From contig CAJMQU010000021.1 in assembly GCA_905215555.1 (NCBI GenBank), positions 7,846 through 71,845 of the forward strand: 64,000 nucleotides of DNA. The letters are read 5' to 3'. A model generated the notes under the pieces. That model was not told the origin of the DNA. It did not search any database and worked only from the letters and a program-made list of their open reading frames with translations. Each line of letters opens with the position of its first letter. Position 1 is the stretch's first letter. Shown here piece after piece: positions 20,542 to 30,191 of the stretch. This DNA is from an uncultured bacterium (GTDB taxonomy: Bacteria > Bacteroidota > Bacteroidia > Bacteroidales > Bacteroidaceae). The position numbers and the translations under genes were made by a program.

Positions 20542-20573
20542 AAAAAAAGGAAGCTACAACATTGTAACTTCCT
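20542..20573 (-). terminator. Terminator after tRNA-Gly
   Basis: Minus strand AGGAAGTTACAA-tg-TTGTAGCTTCCT followed by a T run. Confidence 0.7.
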
Positions 20574-20585
20574 GATTATCAACCG

Positions 20586-20658
20586 AGCGGCAAACGAGGC
20601 TCGAACTCGCGACCCTCAGCTTGGGAAGCTGATGCTCTACCAACTGAGCTACTGCCGC
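20586..20658 (-). tRNA. tRNA-Gly(CCC)
   Basis: GCGGCAGTAGCTCAGTTGGTAGAGCATCAGCTTCCCAAGCTGAGGGTCGCGAGTTCGAGCCTCGTTTGCCGCT; cloverleaf, anticodon CCC, no encoded CCA; TACCTTTG promoter at 20682-20689. Confidence 0.97.
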
Positions 20659-20752
20659 ATTGCTTTCTTTGAAAGACGCTGCAAAGGTAAAAAGAAGTTT
20701 TTTATATTCAAAAATAAAAATGTAATTTTACAGCCACAAAAATAAAAATTCC

Positions 20753-21262
20753 ATGAAACGAATCATACTCATCACCGGAGGTGCCCGTTCGGGCAAAAGT
20801 ACTTATGCAGAGAAAATGGCATTAAGCCTCTCCCCTAACCCCGTTTATCTGGCCACTGCACGCATCTGGGACGAAGAATTCCGCCAACGCGTCATCCGCC
20901 ACCAACAAAGACGCGGACCGGAATGGACGAACATAGAAGAGGAAAAGCAATTAAGCCGCCACCAATTGACAGGACGAACCGTATTGATAGACTGTGTAAC
21001 TTTGTGGTGCACCAACTTCTTCTTTGATGTAAATGCTGACACGGATAGTGCCTTGGATGCTGCCAAAGAAGAATTCGACCGCTTCACCCGGCAAGATGCC
21101 ATCTTTATTTTCGTAACCAATGAAATAGGGATGGGAGCAACTTCGGATAATGAAATCCAACGAAAATTTACCGACATGCAGGGATGGATGAATCAACACA
21201 TCGCGGCACAAGCTGACGAAGTTTGGTTGATGGTATCGGGAATTCCGGTAAAAGTGAAATAA
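20753..21262 (+). CDS. cobU: Adenosylcobinamide kinase/phosphate guanylyltransferase
   Basis: ITGGARSGKS, YLATA, LIDCVTLW, VTNEIGMG, MVSGIP. Confidence 0.95.
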   Translation: MKRIILITGGARSGKSTYAEKMALSLSPNPVYLATARIWDEEFRQRVIRHQQRRGPEWTNIEEEKQLSRHQLTGRTVLIDCVTLWCTNFFFDVNADTDSALDAAKEEFDRFTRQDAIFIFVTNEIGMGATSDNEIQRKFTDMQGWMNQHIAAQADEVWLMVSGIPVKVK

Positions 21263-21475
21263 GAGACTCTGGTACTGTAAGTTACTGATGCCTATGCTTT
21301 CGACCTGTCTTCTACAACTCCTCTCGCTGCCTGTTTCGATTCAGGGACGTTACTTCCGTATAGACAAGGCATTTAGCAGGCGATAATCGGAGCAGACACA
21401 TAACGACTGGTAGGAAGAAAAGAGGAGGTATGGAAAAGCAAATGGATAGAAATAATTCAATAAACGGATAAACAT

Positions 21476-22513
21476 ATGAAAACATTTAAAATCGTACGTC
21501 CGGACGAAAGCATCCGCCCGGCATTGATGGATAAAATCAATAATCTGACCAAACCGAAAGGTTCATTGGGGACTCTTGAAGCACTGGCTCTGCAAATGGG
21601 ATGGATACAACAAACTCTATCTCCCACCCTGCAACATCCGCAAAATATCATCTTTGCAGCCGATCATGGCATTGTAGAAGAAGGTGTCAGCCTTTCACCC
21701 AAAGAAATCACTTGGCAACAAATCAGTAACTTTCTGCACGGGGGCGCAGGGGTGAACTTCCTCTGCCGCCAGCATGGTTTTACACTAAAAATTGTAGATG
21801 CAGGGGTGGATTATGATTTGCCTTATGAGAAAGGTATCATCAACATGAAAGTTCGCAAAGGCACCCGAAACTATCTGCATGAAGCAGCCATGACGGAAGA
21901 GGAAATGGGACTCTGTCTGGAACACGGTGCAGAAGTTGTGCGTCGTTGCTACGAAGAAGGCAGCAATGTGCTCAGCTTCGGGGAAATGGGTATTGGAAAC
22001 ACCTCTTCCTCTTCCATGTGGATGACTTGTCTCACAGGTATCCCTCTGGAACAATGTGTAGGTGCAGGCAGCGGACTGGATAATGCAGGTATCCGCCACA
22101 AATATGAGGTATTGAAACAATCTTTAGACAACTATCAAGGAAATAACTCTCCCCACGATATCATCCGCTACTTCGGCGGACTGGAAATGGTGATGGCTGT
22201 AGGCGGTATGCTTCAAGCCGCTGAGTTGGGAATGATTATTCTGGTAGATGGCTTCATCATGACAAACTGTATTCTGGCTGCCAGTAAACTATATCCCGAA
22301 GTTTTGGATTATGCCATCTTCGGACATTGCGGAGACGAAACCGGACATAAGTTATTACTCGACCATATGGGAGCAAAACCGCTTCTTAACTTAGGACTTC
22401 GCCTGGGAGAAGGAACCGGTGCCATCTGTGCATACCCTATCGTAATGTCTGCCATACGGATGATTAACGAAATGGACAACTTCGCACATGCGTCCATAAC
22501 GAAATATTTTTAG
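21476..22513 (+). CDS. cobT: Nicotinate-nucleotide--dimethylbenzimidazole phosphoribosyltransferase
   Basis: [35 protein letters not shown]. Confidence 0.96.
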   Translation: MKTFKIVRPDESIRPALMDKINNLTKPKGSLGTLEALALQMGWIQQTLSPTLQHPQNIIFAADHGIVEEGVSLSPKEITWQQISNFLHGGAGVNFLCRQHGFTLKIVDAGVDYDLPYEKGIINMKVRKGTRNYLHEAAMTEEEMGLCLEHGAEVVRRCYEEGSNVLSFGEMGIGNTSSSSMWMTCLTGIPLEQCVGAGSGLDNAGIRHKYEVLKQSLDNYQGNNSPHDIIRYFGGLEMVMAVGGMLQAAELGMIILVDGFIMTNCILAASKLYPEVLDYAIFGHCGDETGHKLLLDHMGAKPLLNLGLRLGEGTGAICAYPIVMSAIRMINEMDNFAHASITKYF

Positions 22514-22517
22514 TGAT

Positions 22518-23306
22518 ATGAGAATTCTTGCAGCATTCATCTTTTTCACCCGTTTGCCTTTTTGGAGGATAAGGGAAGTTCCGGCAGAATATTTCAAACG
22601 GATCGTTCCCTACTGGCCTCTGGCAGGCTGGCTGACGGGTGGCATTATGGTCGGTGTACTATGGCTGGCCGCCCAGATTCTCCCTATATCCATTGCATGG
22701 CTTCTTGCAATCATCTCCCGGTTGCTCGTCACAGGGTGCCTGCATGAAGACGGACTGGCAGACTTCTTCGATGGTTTCGGTGGAGGAACCACGCGCGAAC
22801 GGACACTTGCCATCATGAAAGACTCACATATAGGCAGTTATGGCGTCATCGGATTGATTGTTTATTTCCTGTTGATGTTCCTGCTTTTAGAAGATCTGCC
22901 TCTAAAGCTGATTTGTGTCCTTGTTATTTGCGGGGATTGCTATTCCAAATTCTGCGCGTCGCAGATTATTAATGACCTGCCATACGCACGAAAAGAAGAA
23001 GACAGCAAAGCAAAAGTGATATATGACCGTATGACGCTGCAAGAATCACTAACAGGTTTTGCCTGCGGTCTGTTGCCGATTGCAGTTTTCCTGCCCATTG
23101 TTTTCTGGCCGGTAATGTGCTTGCCGCTCCTCACTTTTACCGCGCTGTGCAGACTAATGAAACGCCGTTTGCAAGGTTATACAGGAGATTGTTGCGGAGC
23201 CATGTTCCTGCTATGCGAACTCTCGTTCTATCTTAGTGCTGTCATTTTGGTGCATGCACACATCAGATACGGTAATCCTGATTTTATCAACACTTATTTA
23301 AAATAG
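22518..23306 (+). CDS. cobS: Adenosylcobinamide-GDP ribazoletransferase
   Basis: FFTRLP, TGCLHEDGLADFFDG, MKDSHIGSYG, GYTGDCCGA. Confidence 0.95.
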   Translation: MRILAAFIFFTRLPFWRIREVPAEYFKRIVPYWPLAGWLTGGIMVGVLWLAAQILPISIAWLLAIISRLLVTGCLHEDGLADFFDGFGGGTTRERTLAIMKDSHIGSYGVIGLIVYFLLMFLLLEDLPLKLICVLVICGDCYSKFCASQIINDLPYARKEEDSKAKVIYDRMTLQESLTGFACGLLPIAVFLPIVFWPVMCLPLLTFTALCRLMKRRLQGYTGDCCGAMFLLCELSFYLSAVILVHAHIRYGNPDFINTYLK

Positions 23307-23315
23307 TAATCATAT

Positions 23316-23879
23316 ATGGAAGTTATTTTCATCAGACACACCTCGGTTGATGTACCTCCCGGAGTATGCTACGGCCAATCGGATGTCCCCTTGCGTGCCA
23401 GTTTCGAACAAGAGGCTGCCGCCACTTCAGAGAATCTGAAGAGTTATCGACCGGAAGGCCGGGCTTTCGACCATGTATATACCAGTCCCCTATCCCGCTG
23501 CGTGCGCCTTGCTGCCTATTGCGGCTATCCTGATGCCGAACGGGATAATCGCATCATGGAAATCAACTTCGGTGACTGGGAGATGAAGAAGTTCGACGAG
23601 ATAACTGATCCGAGACTAAAAGAATGGTATGCTGACTACATGAACGTACGTGCCACGAACGGTGAGTCATTTGCCGCACAATATCAGCGTGTTGCCAATT
23701 TTCTGGACGAACTGAGAGAAAAGGATTACGGACAGGTAGCCGTCTTTGCACATGGAGGTGTATTGATTTGCGCACAACTTTATGCAGGAATCATAAAGCC
23801 GGAAGAAGCATTCAGCGCACTGACCCCATACGGGGGGATTGTCAGATTAAAACTTGAACACAGAGGCACAGAGTTTTAA
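23316..23879 (+). CDS. cobC: Alpha-ribazole phosphatase (histidine phosphatase)
   Basis: IRHT, CYGQSD, TSPLSRC, EINFGDWE, AHGGV; follows cobS. Confidence 0.9.
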   Translation: MEVIFIRHTSVDVPPGVCYGQSDVPLRASFEQEAAATSENLKSYRPEGRAFDHVYTSPLSRCVRLAAYCGYPDAERDNRIMEINFGDWEMKKFDEITDPRLKEWYADYMNVRATNGESFAAQYQRVANFLDELREKDYGQVAVFAHGGVLICAQLYAGIIKPEEAFSALTPYGGIVRLKLEHRGTEF

Positions 23880-24011
23880 TTCATTTTTATGCCGTTATGA
23901 ATACTTATTCATGACATGGTATAATTTAAAAAAGAAAGATTATTTTACAAATATAACAGATAACCGATTCCTTTCTTTCCGCCTTTCCTCCGACTCATTG
24001 AGTGAACTTGA

Positions 24012-24078
24012 TTCAGTCCCGGACTGAATGCCTTTGACTCCCGAGCTGAATGCCTTTCAGTCCCAGACTCATTGTACC
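24012..24078. repeat. Three 22-bp tandem units with palindromic core
   Basis: tcagtcccggactgaatgcctt / tgactcccgagctgaatgcctt / tcagtcccagactcattgtacc; TTCAGTCC-C-GGACTGAA is palindromic. Confidence 0.75.
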
Positions 24079-24183
24079 CCCATCCAGAAGGCATCTGAGA
24101 GGGATAGAAAAGGTGGCAAAATAAAGCAATCACAGAAGTAAATATTACGTATAAAGCAACACAATCTGCTTGCTTCTTTTCAG

Positions 24184-26145
24184 TTATTCTTTTATCTGAA
24201 TACTAAACGAAACTAACGGTCCTTCTGCCGTATCTGCCTGTACCTTATAGGTCCCACCAAAAGCATGAATGAAGTGTGCATTGATTTCATGACGGATAAG
24301 TGCCGTCTTGTTCTCAAAGCGTACTTTAGCAAGAGGCGTACCGATTACTTTAAAAAGTAACAGTCTCTTTTCCCAGTCATGTTTGATGCGGATAATGATA
24401 TTGTACGAGTCTTCATCACTCTCCATCGGTACCAGCAGGCTGGTTAGCAATGAAGAGAACCTGTTCTTATCCGTACTTATCACCAGACTTTCGATATCCG
24501 TCTTCAAACGAACAGACACGTGCCCATTGGTAGTCTGCATAGCAACAGCGATTTCTTGTTGGCACAGAGCTATCACTTCGCACTCTTCCTGCACATATTG
24601 TGTCTTGCCGGACTCCAAACGGGAAAGTTCCAGAATACTGTTGACATACTTCAATAGATTTTCCGCATTCTCCTGAATCATCTTGCCATATTCCAATTTC
24701 GCTTCTGCCGTAAGCTCTTTGGGTTCTGTCAGCAGTTCGGCAAAACCCACCACTACATTCAGCGGCGTACGTATATCATGACTGATTTCCGATTGCAGAC
24801 GATCCTTAGTGACATTATCCGCCTCCGCCTGCATAGCAGCATCAGCCGTTATTTTTTCAGCCATGACAATCTTCCGGGATAAATAACGTGTATACAGATA
24901 AAAGATAAGTACCAGCACCATCAGTGTGGCCAGAAACAGGAAGCCACGTTTGTAATTGGTGTCTTTTATCTTCTGCTTCTCCATAAGGAGATCATCTATA
25001 TGATAGATTTCCTTCATCTGCTGCAATTGGTTTGCAGAGAAAGCATTATCTAGAGAGTCCTGTGCCCGTATCAAGTAGCGCCTTGTTTCAATGGCCCCGT
25101 CAAGATCGCCCTTATTTATCTGAGTAGACGCTTTGTAATTAATCAGTGTAGCAAAAGTAGATACATAATGATTAAGTACGATAGGCGTCACCTCATCTAT
25201 CAATGCGATACTTTTATCATATTCCTTCGTACGGGCATAAAATTGTAATTGCACAAGCTGTATGTTGAGCCAGAAAACAGGATCAACATGGTCTTCCAAC
25301 AATGCTTTAGCCTTGTCTATATGCTCCTGTGCAATATGAAAGTCCCCCTTATTCATAGACAGAAGAACGTACTTTATCTGACAGTCAATTTCAAAGTTAC
25401 TCCAATTCTTCCGTGCCTCGGGTTCACGTTTTACTACTTCCTGCAATTCTTTATCCATTTGTTGCAAATAAAGCACTCTCAGGCTGTCTCTTCCCGAATT
25501 TCCATACACCTGGGCTATACGCGAAAGAATATCCACACGTAGGCTGGGCTTAGTTTGGGAAGTAAAACGCTGATAGGCTTTCAAAAAGATGGTCAATGCT
25601 TCATCCACTCTGCTAGATACCCCATAAGCACACCCCAAACTGTTGTATGATGCAATTTCACCGTTATTACTATGATGTTTCAGAGACTCTTCCAATGCTT
25701 CCTTTGCCACATATACAGCCTTTTCAATCTGTCTTTTAGAGGCCAGGGCACGGCTGACGGCAGCTTTTTGTTCCAGATAATAATCGTAAGTTCCCACTTC
25801 AGGGGCATATTCTTTCAGCTTATTCACCCAATATGTCAGACTGTCCGGATCATGCAGTTTATCATAGCAAGAGGCCAGATAATAAGCACCCAGATTCTCA
25901 TAAGTTGTATTTTTCTGTATACATGCTTCCTCATATAAAGCAGTTGAAAAAGTCTTGTTATAGGGAGCATACTGATGCCTGTGGGTCATGTCACGCAGAT
26001 AATTCAATTTGGCAAGCGTATTCGGCATAGCCTGAGCAATGCCCATGATGCTATCCTGATATTGTTGAGCATGGGCATCTTCCGCATGCAGGCTATCAGC
26101 ATACAAGTTCAGCAAACAAAGCAGTGTGATTATGAAATGTTTCAT
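24184..26145 (-). CDS. Membrane sensor histidine kinase-like protein with degenerate ATPase domain
   Basis: Signal peptide, helical TPR-like ectodomain, TM, H-box SHDIRTPLN; N, G1, F and G2 boxes not recognisable. Confidence 0.85.
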   Translation of the reverse strand: MKHFIITLLCLLNLYADSLHAEDAHAQQYQDSIMGIAQAMPNTLAKLNYLRDMTHRHQYAPYNKTFSTALYEEACIQKNTTYENLGAYYLASCYDKLHDPDSLTYWVNKLKEYAPEVGTYDYYLEQKAAVSRALASKRQIEKAVYVAKEALEESLKHHSNNGEIASYNSLGCAYGVSSRVDEALTIFLKAYQRFTSQTKPSLRVDILSRIAQVYGNSGRDSLRVLYLQQMDKELQEVVKREPEARKNWSNFEIDCQIKYVLLSMNKGDFHIAQEHIDKAKALLEDHVDPVFWLNIQLVQLQFYARTKEYDKSIALIDEVTPIVLNHYVSTFATLINYKASTQINKGDLDGAIETRRYLIRAQDSLDNAFSANQLQQMKEIYHIDDLLMEKQKIKDTNYKRGFLFLATLMVLVLIFYLYTRYLSRKIVMAEKITADAAMQAEADNVTKDRLQSEISHDIRTPLNVVVGFAELLTEPKELTAEAKLEYGKMIQENAENLLKYVNSILELSRLESGKTQYVQEECEVIALCQQEIAVAMQTTNGHVSVRLKTDIESLVISTDKNRFSSLLTSLLVPMESDEDSYNIIIRIKHDWEKRLLLFKVIGTPLAKVRFENKTALIRHEINAHFIHAFGGTYKVQADTAEGPLVSFSIQIKE

Positions 26146-28016
26146 GATACAACGTCCTCCGCTTTAGATTTATACTTCAACGGATGCGTAAAACAGAAAC
26201 GGGCGCCTTGTGTATAGTTGCCGTCCACCCATATCCGCCCTTTCATATGACTCACAATCAACTGGCAGATGGACAGCCCTAAACCTGTTCCCTGCGCAAA
26301 GTCATTCAGTTTCTCAAAACGTTCGAAAATCACACCCTGCTTTTCAAAAGGAATACCACAACCCGTATCAGTTACGGAGAAGAAGGCTGTATTGCAGTCG
26401 GACAGTTCCAACTTCAACACGATTGAACCTTCTTTGGTAAACTTAGTGGCATTCACCAATATATTAATCAGAACCTGGCGGAGACGGGCGTCGTCCGTTT
26501 CTATCATCAAGTCTGAAAGTTCAGTATCAAAGCGAAGCTCAACTTCTAGTCTGCGGGAAGCGGCCACAGTTTCCGTAGCCTCTTTACAAAGCTTCACTGC
26601 ATCATAAGGGCGGATTTTGAATGTGATATTGTCACTCTCAAAATCAGAAAAATCAAGGATGTCATTAATCAATTTCAGAAGCTGGAAAGAATTGACCTTA
26701 ATAATTTCACAAAACTCCTTGCGCGATCCTTCATCAAACGAATCATCATCCGACGCCAGCACAGCCGAGAAACCTACAATGGCATTGAGCGGTGTGCGGA
26801 CTTCGTGACTCATATTCGAAAGGAACATATTTTTCTTCTGAATGGCCCGTTCCGCCTTTTGTATCATCACTTCTTGCGAACGCTTCGACTCCTTCAGGCG
26901 GAATATCTTCTTCCAACTGAGATACAGGAAGAGGAGCAAAGTAAGCGTACAGACCACGATGCCTCCCAGATAAAGACGATAGGAAAACAAACGGTCACGC
27001 TCATTCTGATAGGTCAGTTGATCGGCTTGGAAACGGGTAGTCAGTTGGTCTATTTCTTTAGGATAATTCTTTTCGAACGATGATTTGATATAGGAAAATA
27101 CTTTGCCATACTGTTTATACGCTTCCTCTTTACGCCCCATCTTCACGAGCAGATCCGCCCGGTCCTGCAATACTTCCTTATACAAGCTACTATTGATTTC
27201 TGCATAACCGGTATTCAAAAAGGCATCATACGTAGCCAGGGACTTTTCATACTCCCCAGTCCGTTCCCAATACATGGCATCCGCTATCAGAAGATGCTGC
27301 TTAATACCAGGCACCAATTTATCCTTTAACGGCTCCACTGCATCCAAATGTTGGCGGGCTATCTTCACAGAACCATTAAGTAGCTGGCAATAGGCATTGA
27401 ATATATGCCGCACAGCCTGCTCCTGACCGGAAATCTGATCCGTAGGGAAACGGTTCAGACGGGTCATGAAATGCACAGCCTGACGGTAATTGCGGATACG
27501 CAGATTGTATTCTATCAGTTCCACCAACAGCATACGGACATGCTTTTCTTCACCATGCATCCGGTCGAACATCTCCAATGACTGCATATGGGCGGCACCG
27601 GCTTCCTTATTGCGTCCGGTATAGGAATAGACTTCACCAATGGCATTCAAGGCAAGAGCCATTCCCAAGGAATGAGAGAGTACACTCGCCTTTGAATACA
27701 TCTGTTCACTCCAGACAATGGCCAGACGGATTTCTCCCCGGAAGAGATACGACTTGATGAGTACTCGTTCCAGTTCAAAATAAGTTCTATATTGCTTGGT
27801 GGATTCCAGATAATTGAGAATGCTATCCACGTGGACGGCTTCGCTTTCTTCTTTGGTCAGATAGTCGAATCCCATACTGTCGTGAAAGGGATATATCACT
27901 TCATCTAACAGAGTATTACGGTTGGTTTCTGCCGGATTATCTTCTCCTGCTGCTAAAGGGACAAGATATCCAACGCATAGCATGTGGAGAATGAGATATT
28001 TCAATAAGTTTCTCAT
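26142..28016 (-). CDS. Membrane sensor histidine kinase
   Basis: H-box SHEVRTPLN, N-box NATKFT, G1 DTGCGI, F-box FERF, G2 GTGLGL; start at MRNLLK. Confidence 0.93.
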   Translation of the reverse strand: MRNLLKYLILHMLCVGYLVPLAAGEDNPAETNRNTLLDEVIYPFHDSMGFDYLTKEESEAVHVDSILNYLESTKQYRTYFELERVLIKSYLFRGEIRLAIVWSEQMYSKASVLSHSLGMALALNAIGEVYSYTGRNKEAGAAHMQSLEMFDRMHGEEKHVRMLLVELIEYNLRIRNYRQAVHFMTRLNRFPTDQISGQEQAVRHIFNAYCQLLNGSVKIARQHLDAVEPLKDKLVPGIKQHLLIADAMYWERTGEYEKSLATYDAFLNTGYAEINSSLYKEVLQDRADLLVKMGRKEEAYKQYGKVFSYIKSSFEKNYPKEIDQLTTRFQADQLTYQNERDRLFSYRLYLGGIVVCTLTLLLFLYLSWKKIFRLKESKRSQEVMIQKAERAIQKKNMFLSNMSHEVRTPLNAIVGFSAVLASDDDSFDEGSRKEFCEIIKVNSFQLLKLINDILDFSDFESDNITFKIRPYDAVKLCKEATETVAASRRLEVELRFDTELSDLMIETDDARLRQVLINILVNATKFTKEGSIVLKLELSDCNTAFFSVTDTGCGIPFEKQGVIFERFEKLNDFAQGTGLGLSICQLIVSHMKGRIWVDGNYTQGARFCFTHPLKYKSKAEDVVS

Positions 28017-28117
28017 GAAGTTTGTTTGTTTCGTGCTGTGTGGTGTTTGTGTTGCCATTCACCGCATACGTGGCAAATATATTCAATTTTTCCTGAAAAG
28101 CCAAAAATCGTGAATAA

Positions 28118-29149
28118 CTAAATGATAAAAGAGGCGAAAGTGGCAGTCATCATCAGGATTATTATCATAATCCCTTCGGCGCGGAGATTGATGCGGATTG
28201 CAATCTGCATGTCTTCCGTAGTCAAAATCCTACCGTTACTGCCTATATACGGTTTCCACACTTCCTCACCAAAATAATTGTGCGGGCCACCGAAGCGGCA
28301 ATCCAGAATGCCTGCAAGGGCAGCTTCGGGATAACCGGAGTTAGGGCTGGCGTGTTGGTTGCCGTATTTGCCGACAAACTTCAGCAGATACAAAAATCCG
28401 CCCGGTTGGAGGGAATCGTTTCCGGAAACAAGATACAAGGGAGTATTTTCACGAGTCCGGGGGATGACGGCCAGTATCATAAGCATGGCAGTCAGACGGG
28501 CTGGTATGTAATTTGCCACATCGTCCAAGCGGGCGGCAAAGCAACCAAAAGCACGGTAGCGGTCGTTGCGGTAGCCAATCATAGAATCAAGCGTATTCAC
28601 CATTTTGTAGGCAAGCATACCGGGAACCCCCAAAAGCATATACCAGAACAAGGGAGCAATCACGCCATCGCTCAGATTCTCTGCCAGAGTTTCGAGAGCA
28701 GCAGTACGCACTTCCTGAGCGGACAGTCTGGAAGTGTCACGCCCCACGATACGGGCAACTTGTGTCCTGCCTTCTTCCAGGGAGCGGTCTACAGCCTCGA
28801 ATACCATGCGGACTTCACGAATAAGGGTAGTACCTGCCAGGCAGAAGAAGATAGCAAGTATCTGCAATACCAAAATCATGCCCGGAGAGAATGCAGCAGC
28901 CCAGCGAAGCAGGTAGAAAGTTGCGAAATAAACGATAAGAACAAGTAAAGTGGCAACGAGTGCACCTTTCAATCGTCGGCATTTCCCCTTATTCAGAAGA
29001 TGTTCGGCACAAGAAATCATCTTACCGAATGCTACAACAGGATGAGGCAACCAGGTAGGATCACCCAGCTGGCGGTCGAGCAGCCAAGCCACAAGCAGCG
29101 ACAGATTGAGATGAAAGGCAACGCCTAAAATTATGAGAATATCTTCCAT
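28118..29149 (-). CDS. cbiB: Adenosylcobinamide-phosphate synthase
   Basis: GDPTWLPHPV, VGRDT, ENLSDGVIAPLF, NTLDSMIGY, HASPNSGYPEAA. Confidence 0.95.
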   Translation of the reverse strand: MEDILIILGVAFHLNLSLLVAWLLDRQLGDPTWLPHPVVAFGKMISCAEHLLNKGKCRRLKGALVATLLVLIVYFATFYLLRWAAAFSPGMILVLQILAIFFCLAGTTLIREVRMVFEAVDRSLEEGRTQVARIVGRDTSRLSAQEVRTAALETLAENLSDGVIAPLFWYMLLGVPGMLAYKMVNTLDSMIGYRNDRYRAFGCFAARLDDVANYIPARLTAMLMILAVIPRTRENTPLYLVSGNDSLQPGGFLYLLKFVGKYGNQHASPNSGYPEAALAGILDCRFGGPHNYFGEEVWKPYIGSNGRILTTEDMQIAIRINLRAEGIMIIILMMTATFASFII

Positions 29150-29159
29150 TACATCTATA

Positions 29160-30191
29160 TTAAATTTCAAGCCATTGCCCTATCGCCCGCACAAGACGGT
29201 CATTCTCTTCCGGTGTCTGAGTCGCGATGCGGAAGAAGCGTCCGTCCAATCCTTCAAAATTGGAGGCATCACGAATAAGAATACCATGTTCGTTGGCAAG
29301 ATATTCCTTCAATGCAGCAGCCTTTCCGGAACGGAGGCAAACCAGCATGAAATGTGTCTCTGTCGCCCATACTTCAAGACTACCCAGACACTCCAAAGCA
29401 TTACGCAAGCGTTTTGTTTCTTTTAAATAAGCAGGCACATCCAGAGGATTGGGAACATCCTGTTCCAGAAGATGGAGTCCGGCTTCGATGGCAAGCTGAT
29501 TAACCGACCAGGGCATACGGTGAGTGCGCAGGCGGTTGAGCAGTCCTGAATCCCCCGTGATATATCCCAAGCGCAAGCCGGGAACTGCGTATCGCTTGGT
29601 CATGGAATGCAGCAATAACACATTCGGATATTCCGCAGCCTCTTTCGGTGTGAACAACGGTTGCAAGGTGAAATATTCGTAAGACTGATCAATGATGAAA
29701 CAGACTTGCGAATTATGCTTGATTAATTCTCTCAGATACTCTTTACCGGCCACTGTCCCTGTCGGATTATTAGGATTACAAAGCCAGAGCATACGTATCT
29801 CTTCCGGCAGGCGGTATCCGTCTTCCGGCGCAGGGAGCTGATAGATTGCAGTAACCCGGTGCCCGTGCATGCGGCAGGCATCGGCATATTCGCTGAAGGT
29901 CGGTTGCAGAATGGCAGTATTCGTCCCGCGGAAAGTTTGTGCTATGAGGTAGATGGCTTCAATGGCACCGTTTGTCACACAAACAGCATCGGCAGGCAGA
30001 TGATATCCGGTGGCAAGGCGGGATTCAAGCGTATAGGGTTCCGGTTCGGGATAGTTCCCGATGGCATCAATCCGCGCACACAAGTGGGCTTTCAATGCTG
30101 AAAGGTTTACTTTGCTGTAAACATTGGAACTGAAATTAGCAGTTATCAGTCGCTGATATTTATAGGAGTCGTCTCCGTGTCCTTCAATCAT
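29160..30191 (-). CDS. cobD: L-threonine-O-3-phosphate decarboxylase (PLP)
   Basis: NFSSNV, PTFSEY, CNPNNPTG, SMTKRYAVPGLRLGY; inside cob operon. Confidence 0.88.
   Translation of the reverse strand: MIEGHGDDSYKYQRLITANFSSNVYSKVNLSALKAHLCARIDAIGNYPEPEPYTLESRLATGYHLPADAVCVTNGAIEAIYLIAQTFRGTNTAILQPTFSEYADACRMHGHRVTAIYQLPAPEDGYRLPEEIRMLWLCNPNNPTGTVAGKEYLRELIKHNSQVCFIIDQSYEYFTLQPLFTPKEAAEYPNVLLLHSMTKRYAVPGLRLGYITGDSGLLNRLRTHRMPWSVNQLAIEAGLHLLEQDVPNPLDVPAYLKETKRLRNALECLGSLEVWATETHFMLVCLRSGKAAALKEYLANEHGILIRDASNFEGLDGRFFRIATQTPEENDRLVRAIGQWLEI

Noticed and set aside
20404..20745. 113-aa ORF
   Set aside because: Spans the tRNA-Gly on the opposite strand; spurious.
21263..21475. Spacer between cobU and cobT as cobalamin riboswitch or gene remnant
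   Set aside because: No B12-box or other riboswitch core recognised and no translation I could assign; an Rfam scan would settle it.
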